A DNA stretch of 64,000 nucleotides, taken from Sphagnum compactum. Lineage: Eukaryota. The notes under the pieces are model-generated. The model was not told the DNA's origin, ran no database searches, and saw only the letters and a list, made by a program, of their open reading frames with translations. Every line of letters starts with the position of its first letter. The first letter of the stretch is position 1. Positions 1 through 10,112 of this stretch are shown in pieces. Position numbers and translations under genes: made by a program. The DNA lies in NCBI GenBank assembly GCA_965153455.1, contig OZ234493.1, positions 1,736,001 to 1,800,000 on the forward strand. Reading direction: 5' to 3'.

Positions 1-562
1 ATCTCTCTCGCTCCCCCGACCCTCAGCCCTAAGTTCGTAAGAGTTCGAAAACTGCGACCTCCCGAGTCCCCTGCGCCACATGCAAAGCAAGACACTCTCA
101 ATTTCCTCCCAAATCCGTCGTCGTCGTTGTCGTTGCAAGAGTGATTTCAGTAGCGATTTTCAGGATTCCAAAGTGACATAATGTTGTACTCTTGTGTGTC
201 TGAGTTTCTGGATATTAGCGCGAGGTTTTAGAGGAATTCCAAAAACTCTGTTTGAAACAACTAGAGTCCCTACCTTAGACTCTCGCTGGAGAATCATTCT
301 TGAGGAGACACTAGACTCGTCGCGTAGAACGAATAGCTGCGAGACCTGTTTCTGTTTTTCTTTTGCAGCTTTAGATTGGGACAACGTTGCCAAAATTTTC
401 AGTTATCTGATCAATCGCAGAGAGACTTGGGTTGGTGAGATTCTCGTGAGATTTTGAGATCAGTAGCTGACAAAGACGAACTTTGGTTGACCAGTGCAGA
501 GATTTTCGCGAGATTGTGAGAGCAGCTTCTGTAGCTGACAAACATCGGAGCTCAGCAATATC

Positions 563-2808
563 ATGGCATTAGACATGACAATAAATTCTGGTCCGTTGGA
601 GCATCAGCACGACATGAGAATCAGATCATCGCCGGTGAACAATAATCCTGCATTGTCGAGAAGCTCGATCAAGTCGGTGGAGACTCGGCGGTCAGAGAAT
701 CATGCTGCAATGGTCGCAGCGACCGCTTCTCGTGGATCGGTGCAGCAGCATGGCGGAACGTCGACATGGAGCAGATCACCGGGAATTACGCACAGTACTA
801 CTACAGCATTGTCAAAAAGCTCGATTTCGGTACTACAGACTCGCGGCGGGCGGCCAGCAGCTAGGACTCACGCATTGACGGTAACAGCAGCAACTAGTCC
901 TGGCGCGCTGCAGCATGCAGGCGAAATATTGTCGTCGACATGGAGCAAGCCGGATTCAATGTGGCATCTGGTGAATCTCAAGACCATGAAGCCCGTGAAG
1001 AACTATGAGCAGCTCTCCCGCATCATGCAGAACCTGGGTTGGTCTTTCTATGTGACTCCACAGCGAGACTTGTGGTGTACATGGGGGACTTGTCACCAGG
1101 CTGATGTTCAGCACGCCTGTCTCCCATACCCTGATATCGGTACTCGTAGCCGCTAGCACTTCCCCTACCAGACTGATCACACTCTGCTGAACTTTCCTCA
1201 AGACCCATTTGCTTTTCCTTTGTAAGAGTTCTAGATGTTCCTGGTCATGCATGTCGTCACATTGAGGCTCGTGAAGAATGCAGAGACTGGCTCATGTACA
1301 CATGTTCATGGGTTTAGGGAAGAAATCTGAGGGAGAGATTTGGGGTTTTTCACTTTAACAGGATCTGCGACCAGAGCAGAGCTGAATCGATTTGTAAGAA
1401 AACTGGAGTACGCAGGGCTTGCGGGTATCCTTGGTGTGGAGGCGGGAGAATTGCCAGCAGCTGCCTCACGGCTGAGCGAGGACATCAAAGCCGGAAACGT
1501 TCAAGTATCGCTTGCTGTGAAGGGTACCGATCGGCGGATAGAGACCTTCAAGGATCTTGCCGAGGTAGGCCCAATCGGATGATCTCTCGAGTGCATCTTC
1601 TTTTGTTTTCAGTAAGCTCGAGATTGTGGTACTTGCAAGTTGCGTGCAACAGAGTCGGATCCTTGTGATACATGATGATGGGTTGCGCTGATTCTAGTGT
1701 TGCATGATTGTTGTGAACAAACTGCAGGCACTGGTTGGGAGAGGATGGAGACGAGTGAGTGACAATCACTTCTACAGGTTCGAGAGCAGCCCTGTTACGC
1801 CCATCTGCCATGTGATCTCTGTCATCCACTTGCCTCTCCTGCGAAGCTTCCGGCAAGTGTGTTTGGAGGATCTGGAGAGCATCGTTCGCTTAACTGGATC
1901 TCTTTTCTACCTCCGCTTCAACAATGCTCTCACCATGGACCCAGCTACCCTCTCAGCTCTACAGGTCTCGGAACTTCTCATGTCCTCAATGATCTTGAAC
2001 TGCTTCTATAGATACTAGTGATCACTGCAGGGCCGTAAGAAATTTCCATTTTCGTATACAATTGTTCTCGATTAACGACAGCGTTTCCTTGATATAGATC
2101 AGCAGTATACGATGATGACAACCAGAAGGAAAAAAATATTCCTCAATCTCTTTGTCTGTGATGTATCACGCGCAGATTCACAAGAAAGGAGTAGAGGGTG
2201 AGGAGGCCAGCAGTTTGGACGATGTCTCGGGGAAAAAGGCATTGACCAGGGACGATCTTCGTCTATGGGCACGCATCACAAGAATGTTGAAGAAGTACGG
2301 TACCAACATTACCAGCAACAACTCGCCATCTACTTTGTGTATCCAGCTACTCCCCAGTCACAAGTCTAATGGTGAAGAAGAAGCAACTGTGAAGCTGCAA
2401 GATGTCCAGAGCAACAAAATCAGTGAAGAAGAATTAGTTGGAGCTGCGGGATCAGCAGGTGGAGGAGGAGGAGGAGGAGGAGAGGGGGAGTACTTTGTGG
2501 ATCATGTAAAAGGGAAAAAGGATGTTGGTACATCAGCAGCAGCAAGAGTAGCAGTTGCAATTCGTCATGTTTGGCTATCCTCAAGCATCACAAGAATGGT
2601 GAAAAAGTACAGCACCATTACAGTCCGTAGCTCATCATCTTTTTGTCTACAGCTCACGCATCACAAGAATGCTACAGCAGCAGCAGGAGGAGGAGAAGAA
2701 GCGAACGCATTAGAGAGCAACAAAACGAATGGAGTCGGAATTCCTGGACATAGCGCGGAGGAAGCGGAGGAGAAGCTCGTGAACGAGGGAAAAAAAGGCA
2801 GCGAATGA
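563..2808 (+). CDS. 4-exon gene encoding a ~549-aa protein with two tandem FPF1/FLP1-like domains plus duplicated N- and C-terminal modules (paralog A)
   Basis: Exons 563-1139, 1362-1564, 1728-1964, 2176-2808. All introns are GT..AG with compatible phases (1,0,0), total 1650 nt, no internal stop. Paralog B has the same junctions. Domain 1 LVNLKTMKPVKNYEQLSRIMQNLGWSFY and domain 2 TDRRIETFKDLAEALVGRGWRR...IHLPLLRSFRQ...IVRLTGSLFYLR resemble the FPF1 pattern VxLxTxxVxSYxxLxxILxxLGWxRY...ISLPxDF...IVxxxxxxFxVR. Gene model is high confidence; family call is moderate. Confidence 0.85.
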
Positions 2809-5799
2809 CGAACCCTAGAACAACGCAACGCAAGCAGCTGCTCAACCATGTATATAAATTTTAGGGTTTTAGGCAAAGGATTTGAGGGCTAGAAAAAAAA
2901 CCCCAAAAAAAATCAAAACAAAACAAAACAAAACAAATCTGAGGCACTTCAGATGATCAGTCAGTCATGTGAGTAGTCTATGAAATTTGCTGCAAAGTTG
3001 AGAGGAGAATCTCCCACAAAATGGCTAGGAAAAATACCATAGACAAAATTCAACCTGGCCTTCTGCTTTCATGGCTATTGTAAATGCATTGAAAATAGGT
3101 ACCCGGGTACCTGCTCACAATTTAGGACATTGGGTGGTGATTGATTGATGTTTTTTTTCCCAGTTAGAGACTGTGTGCTCATTGCCAAAAATTTTCCCCT
3201 CTCTTCAGATTGCAAGACTTTTTGGCAATTCAAATTCGGTACTTTCAAGTTGATTTCTCTAGGATGCAACTCCTCCCCACTTCTAAGCAAATGTACTTGG
3301 ATCATCTGTTACAACTCACCACCTAACTACCTATCCTTTTGGATCAGCAATATTTGACATCTTTTTAGTTTGAGTTATTTTTCGCTGGATGCAATACTCT
3401 AAATTAGGACCTCCTTTACAAGGTTTTTTCTTTTCCCACAAATTTTGTTGCTCTTTCCAAAAGCAATTTCGGAAAATCTTGGAAAATCTTTTTTTTTCTA
3501 GTGTAAATTTGACTAACTCTGGAATTTTTTTGGGAAAAATTCGCCAAATTTTCAATATCACAAAATTGACAAAAAAAATTCCCTGCCTTGTGCCCTCCAG
3601 AATCCACTTGCATGTTCTAGACAGAAATGAATACCTACAGCCCTAAAATGAAGTTGGGTGAAAGCACTTAATCCCCGTATGGCAAGCAAGGCATCCCAAC
3701 TCTGCATGTGTTTTCTGTGTGAGACTACTGTGGATGCTCAGGAGAAACTGAAGGACCCAGCTGGGCACATGTGCATACATGCCCCCCATGGCTCCTGGTA
3801 AACTTTAGATGTTTGTGTGTCAGGACGGAATTGGCATTCTGATTCTTCTCCAAAGAACCTGAAATTTCCTGCATCCAGCAATGGACTTAATTGTATAGTT
3901 GTGAAGCAGCATTCAAACAACTCCTAACTTCAGCCTAGAAATTCCATAAACCCTAATGCTGATCTTTAACACTAAATACATGTGTTCAGCAATGCACAGT
4001 ATACACATGGCTGAACGGTTCTCTATGATATTGAAGCTGTTTTGTACTCCCATGGTTCAAGTACTGAATGGGGCTCAAATACGAAGTTTTCCAACATGAA
4101 CAGTGTGTGTGAGACTTAGGGCTGAAAGCTGTGAGTGTACTGATGAAATTCTTGGACACCCAGCATGTAGAATCACAAAGACTGTCATAATTTTGCACAC
4201 AGCAGTGTGGAATAAGTAGTGGTGTACCTTGGAAACCATTTCCTCATCAGAGCCCTTGTGCTATGACCACTATTCCTGCTGGTGATGCTGGACAGTTTGT
4301 CCATTTGGTCCACACAGGCCTTCTTAGCAGCAGCTGTCTCTCATAATTTCACCCTCCTCAAGTTCTGGAATATGGTGCCAGTAGTATTGCATAATGTCTT
4401 GGCATCATCAAGGCTGGGAAAGTATGGTGGCTGAAAGTAAATCTGAGAGAGGGCGTCTGTTCTGAACCTTTGTACTCCCCACTCCCCATGACTGCAATCA
4501 CAAGTTGCTGATAGGAAGAATTAGAACTACGTGACTGCAGCTTCAAGTTTTGCTTGGAAAACTTGCACAAGATGGACAGTGTATATGCCAATGGTCAACC
4601 ATAAGGAGATACAACATGTCTGTAACTGAACATGCATGACAGTGTCTATACCAATGCGTATGATTGAATGTTAGGCGTAAAAAAAAGAATGTGTTTGGTT
4701 TGCTTTCAGCACAAGATCAGGACAAATAAACTCTGGGAAAGCATTAAGACACACAGATCAACATGCTAAGCACACACTTGTTTCTTGCTTCATTTTTTAT
4801 AAGAATGTTTTCAGGATCAGACTCTCATCCTGCCCCACTCTCTAAGCTATTTTAATCCAAGTATTACTTTTTTTTTTTGGCTGTTATATTTTTTCAAATC
4901 TCACTCTCTTGCTGATTAGACCTGTTGAATGTAGAACATGAAGTTTTTCAGATCCACTCAAAAACTCTAATGGAAACAACTCTCTCATGGCGAAAGCAAA
5001 GTTACAACACTTCATGAATTTTGTTGAATGACTCTTTGCAACTTTATTCATTTAGCCAATAAGGTATATTTTGCTCATGACCACTCAAATAAAATCAACC
5101 TCGGTATCTCACATTACTACAAAACAATTCTCTCTCTCAACTTCTTTCACTAAACATAATTTATCCTTTCACAACTTGTTGTTTCTTTCTACTTTACTAA
5201 AATTACTACAAATCATAATTTTTTAAGAGGTTCAAATTGATTAACTTATCATTTTGACTAAATGACATGTAGATTTTGATTAAAGGTCAAGGGCTTGAAT
5301 GACACATTTATTTGTTGATTAATCAACTTAATTATAATGATTTATTTAACTAAATACACATAGTCAAGTTGTATAACTTTTGTCAAACTAGCCAATGGCC
5401 TTCAATCAAGTTGAACATTTAATCAAGATGGTTAATGATTTTTAATCAAGTTGAATATTTAATCAAGATAATCAATGATCTTTAATCAAGTTGAACATTT
5501 AATCAAAATGGCCGATGATCTTTAGTAAAAATAACAAATGATATTTAATCAAGTTGAATAGTTAATCAAGATGGTCAATGATTTTTATTCAAATATGACA
5601 AGGTCCACTACCCTATGTATTTACCTTCTACTTACTCATCCATTTAGTTACTTATTATCCACCCATTCACCTACCCACCTACCTATACCTTTTCACCTAT
5701 GGACATTCATACCTATTTATGCTTTTCACCTTTGTACAACTTACTTACTTACCTACCCACCTACTTACATATTATTTACTTTCCTATTCACCCATTTAT

Positions 5800-7560
5800 T
5801 TACCTAATTTTAATCATTAGATGTAACCATTACATTTAATCATTATGTTTAGTCATTAAATTTAACCATTAGGTTTACCCAAAATTTAGCCATTAAATTA
5901 AATTTAAATTTAGACACTAAGTTTAGCCATTATTCTTAGTCATTAAATTTGACACTAGGTTTAACTTAAGTTGAACCATTAGATTTGGTCAATAGGTAGA
6001 ACCTAAATTAAGCAACTAGGTACAGTCATTAGATATAGCTTAAGTTTAGCCATTATGTTTAACCACTAGAGTTATTCATTAAGTTAATTTTGGTTTAACC
6101 ATTATGTTTAGTAATTATGTTTAATTGTGACTAAGTTTCGTCTAAGTTTAATTATTATTATTAATTAAAGTTTAATCGGTATGTTTAACCACTAGATTTT
6201 GCATTATTTTAAATCATTAAGTTTAGGCACTAGTTTTAACCATTACTTTAAGTCATTAAATTTAACCATTAGGTTTAGCCATTACTTTAAGTGATTGAAT
6301 TTAACCACTAAATTTAGCCATTATTTTAAGTCATAGAGTTTAGTACTTGGTTTAGTCATTATTTTAAATCACTGAGTTTAACTTGTGATAGATGCAAACA
6401 TTAAACGCCATTTTCCAATAGATGAAATTCATTCATAATGTTCATCCATAACTCCTAGCTAAATCTTAGTTAACTTTTAGCTAAATTTCAGTTAAGTCTT
6501 AGTTGAATCTTAATTAAGTCCTAGTTAATTCTTAGTTAACTTTTAATTAAATTCAAATTAATTTTTAGTTAAGTCTTAGTTGAATCCTAATTATGTCCTA
6601 GTTAATTTTTAGTTAACTCTTAATTAAATTTGAGTTAACTCAAAGTTAAAATTAAGTCTTAGTTAATTCATAGTTAAGTTTTAGTTAAGTTTTAATTAAA
6701 TTTTAATTAAATTATAATTAAGCCTAGTGAACTCCTAATTGATTTCTAGTTAAGTCCGAGTTAAATTTGAGTTAAGTTTCAGTTAACTCATAGTTGATTC
6801 CTAGTCAAGAAAGTTCCCAAGAAGCTTCCTTACTTAATGCACACATAAAAACTTTTTTGGAAGTTTCCTTGAGTTAGGTCCTTAGAAGGATATAAATAAG
6901 GAGTAGGATCCCTCATTTCCTTTAGTTTGTTTAACACTAGTTTCAAGCATGATCTTACATCATAACCTTGTCATGCTTTTTTCATGTTCATGTTTGCACA
7001 TGTTAGCATAATAAAGATGTGTTTTCACGTTTGTTTTGCACATTTTGTGTTTTTGTTTTTACTTTTTATGTTCTTGTTTTTGAATTATATAATCTTCTCT
7101 TGTTCCTTGTTTGGAAATTAGAGTTAAACCTTACGTTTAACCTTTGTTCTTGTGGTTTTTTGTGTTTTTGATATAGCCACTAAATTTAACCATTAATTTA
7201 AGTCACTAAGTTTAACTGTTAGGTTCAGCCATTAGTTTAAGTCATAACTTTTAACCACTAGGTTGAATTCCATTAATTTAAGTCTTTGAATTTAGCTATT
7301 AGGTTTAGTTCCATTAGTTTAAGTCATTGAATTTAGTCACTAAGTTTAAACATTAGTTTAAGTCATTGAGTTTACGCACAAGGTTTAACCATTATTTTAA
7401 GTCATTCAATTTAGCCATTAAGTTTAACCATTACTTTAGGTCATTAAATTTAACCACTAGGTTTAGCCATTATTTTAAATCATTTAGTTTAGCCACTAGG
7501 TTTAGCTAGTATTTTAAGTCACTAAGTTTAGTTATTAGAGGTTTATTTAGGTTTAACCAT
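5800..7560. repeat. AT-rich tandem/satellite-like arrays inside the CACTA-like element
   Basis: Degenerate ~20/~40-bp unit (ttaagtcattaaatttaaccactaggtttagccattatt) at ~5800-6380 and ~7175-7560. A ~10-11-bp periodic ttagttaa array occupies ~6450-6800. Confidence 0.8.
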
Positions 7561-7844
7561 TATGTTTAATGATGTGAAGTAAACATGTGAAATAAAAAGC
7601 TTGATAAAAATTGAATATGTTTTATGGTGTAATTTATTGGTAAAGACTTGGTTTATCATTGTCAAAGTTTGGGGTTTTATTTTTATATTTATAATCTATG
7701 TGCATGCTTAGAAGGTTAGGGTAGGTAGGTTAAATTAAGGTAGGTTGGTGATGCTAAATTAAGTTGGTTAAGTTAGCTTATGTAAGTTAGGATAGGCTAG
7801 GCTAGCACCTACCTACCTAAATACCTTTTTTCTATTCACCTAAA

Positions 7845-8117
7845 AGGTGCAAATCCTTTAAAGTGTACCACACATGACAAAAAAGGCCTAGTCTTTTCTA
7901 TTGTCCTCTTTTATCCTATATCTTGATCCCCACATAAAATAATGAGTCAAAAGTTGTCAAATATTTCAAAAGAATTATATTTTAAACCATCACAATTTTA
8001 GATTTCATCATAATCATTCATACATGTGTTTTTACATGGTAAAAATAATTAAGCAAAAAAGGAAGAAAATTGTGATGTTGTGACAAGATTTTGATACACC
8101 TTAAAGAATTTACATCC
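7845..8117. mobile_element. ~270-bp MITE (Tourist/PIF-Harbinger-like), copy 1
   Basis: TIR aggtgcaaatcctttaaagtgtacca ... tgatacaccttaaagaatttacatcc. Further copies at 35453-35726 and 55536-55806. Confidence 0.7.
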
Positions 8118-10112
8118 TAAACCTATATACTACCTACCTACTTATAAATTTTAAAAACAATAATCCAAAAAATAATTTTAATTTAGTATAAAATTGACCT
8201 ACTTAAATGGTCTACTATCTACTAGTCAAATAGTCAATCATTTTGTCAATCATTTTGTCAATCAAAATAATAAGGTCCAATTTGAATGTTCAATCCAATT
8301 GGACATTCAAATCAGTTCAGTCCAAAACGACTTGTTCAAATTGATAAGGTGAACTTTTTTTATACTTATCATTTTTGAATATTTTAAAACTAGAAAATCC
8401 AATAAAAATAACCATGAATTGTAGTAATGAAATCTCACCCCAATGCTTGAAATATTCTTAGAAAAACTTCTTACGCTCTCTCTTTCTAATTTTCTTTGGT
8501 CTAGACGAGACTCTGAAGTTCTAGAATCTAAGATTTGTCATCATATCCTCTCCACCATTCTTTTATATGTGAGCATTGAAATGCCTCTACTGCTTATAAT
8601 CTGCACAAGATAGCATCTTGAGGCAATATTGAACATAATGGGCAAGGGTGAGACAATTCCATATAATTAAGGTCTGGGACAATAATTTGAAAAAAAATCA
8701 TGTTCGATCGACACATTTTGGTCACTATTACGGGTGATCATAATCACAAGATTACTATGTCATATAATGTGATCAAGAAATTGACATAATCTGCCACCCC
8801 AGACCACAATTTGCCACTGCATCATGGAGATTCACATACAAAAGAACGCATTTGTATGGTTGATACTAATTGATAGTCGCAAATTTTCAATTCATTGGTA
8901 CTTCATGTAGTTTCAGCCTTGTTTATCATATTGTTTTCATACTGCATTGCAGTCAAGGGGTTTGGTAGCCTAAACTGGCATTGTAAATGAGAGTGAGGTG
9001 TGCTTATATGCAGAAAAGTACTATATACCCAAAGTTGTATGTATCAGGTTGATCATTTGAGAAGAAATCCACAATGTCTGTGAATTTCTCTTGGAAACAG
9101 TTTTGAACGAGGTCCAAAGAATCAAGAAGTCTTTCTATGTCCAGAGACCAATCTTTTCTTTTCAGACTGTCATACATATCAGTGATAACAGCCCAAAATC
9201 AGACAAAAGTGATGAATCTGATAAAATTTGTTGCGCATTGTGACCAATTTTTCTCTGTATGCCAATTGCCAACCCAAAACACAATCATCAAGACTCATGA
9301 ATATACATATACATGTGTATGGCAAATTTTTGAAGCTTCAAGAGTAGTAAACCATGTTTGATGATTGAAATGAGTGTCTCGAAACACCATCACAGCAAAA
9401 GAAAAAAAGATCAAGCATTCTAGAGGTTGCACAGGTTTCAATTACACCTAGAAGAGAGAAACCCAGGCATGATAATAACTTAGGGCTATGTGAGAAAAAC
9501 CCAAATTATGTCTGATTTGGGTGCATCCAGTTCAGATAGGAAAAAAAAGAAAGAAACACCTGTACACACTTGGAATTCCAGGAGAAGATAGATATCATAT
9601 AAAAACTATAGCTGCTGGAGTGAAACCATCTCTGCATATTTGAAACAAGTAGAGATTTGAACATGGCTGGAGAGTCTAAAATTTGCTCCACCTCAAAAAT
9701 CTTATGTTACAATAGTTTAATCTATCCTGAACCCCAGACCACTCCCCCTCCCTCTATCTTATGATTCAATTCCTGTGAAACTTCAGGTCTTAAACATGTG
9801 TGACCAATTTCTCCTCCAGGGCAGCTCTCTTTTCCCAAGATATATAGGTACCCAATTTCCTTACATTTATGACATATAGGTATCTATCTGCACAGGCGGG
9901 CTCAATATTGTACAAATGCACCATCTCTTGTTTTGTAGTGATTGTGATTTTTTAAAAAGAATAAATTTGTAGAGATAATTAATATTGTGCAACAGTTGAA
10001 TCTCCATCACAAACAGTAACTGTTATGTAGAACTGGAACTCTTCTCAGTCAGGCTCTCAACTGATGATCTGCAACAGACTCTGACATGCTCGCACGGACC
10101 TGACATTCTTCT

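Larger units (their letters stand above)
5112..8429. mobile_element. Non-autonomous CACTA-like DNA transposon filled with AT-rich tandem repeats
   Basis: Left CATTACTACAA (5112) and right TTGTAGTAATG (ends 8429) form an 11-bp TIR, the same type as the 21044-22858 element. Both flanks contain ATCTCA, but there is no clean 3-bp TSD. The interior is satellite-like. Confidence 0.6.
3740..9700 (-). pseudogene. Putative degenerate multi-exon gene of unidentified family, interrupted by a DNA transposon
   Basis: Several coding-like blocks on the minus strand, some with AG/GT borders: ~9560-9695 (EQILDSPAMFKSLLVSNMQRWF), ~9005-9200 (FWAVITDMYDSLKRKDWSLDIERLLDSLDLVQNCFQEKF), ~8430-8600 continuing at ~4920-5110, ~4230-4490 (HGEWGVQRFRTDALSQIYFQPPYFP...frameshift...ETAAAKKACVDQMDKL), ~4000-4180 (FYMLGVQEFHQY...LFMLENFVFEP). 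Many stops and frameshifts; no family recognised. Confidence 0.35.

Noticed and set aside
5571-5807. ORFs rich in LPTY/THL here and at 31455-31775
   Set aside because: They are translations of degenerate (CCTA)n/acctacc microsatellite-like repeats.
5350-7560. Regularly spaced repeats resembling a CRISPR array
   Set aside because: The units are degenerate tandem repeats without unique spacers, there are no cas genes, and they lie inside a eukaryotic transposon.
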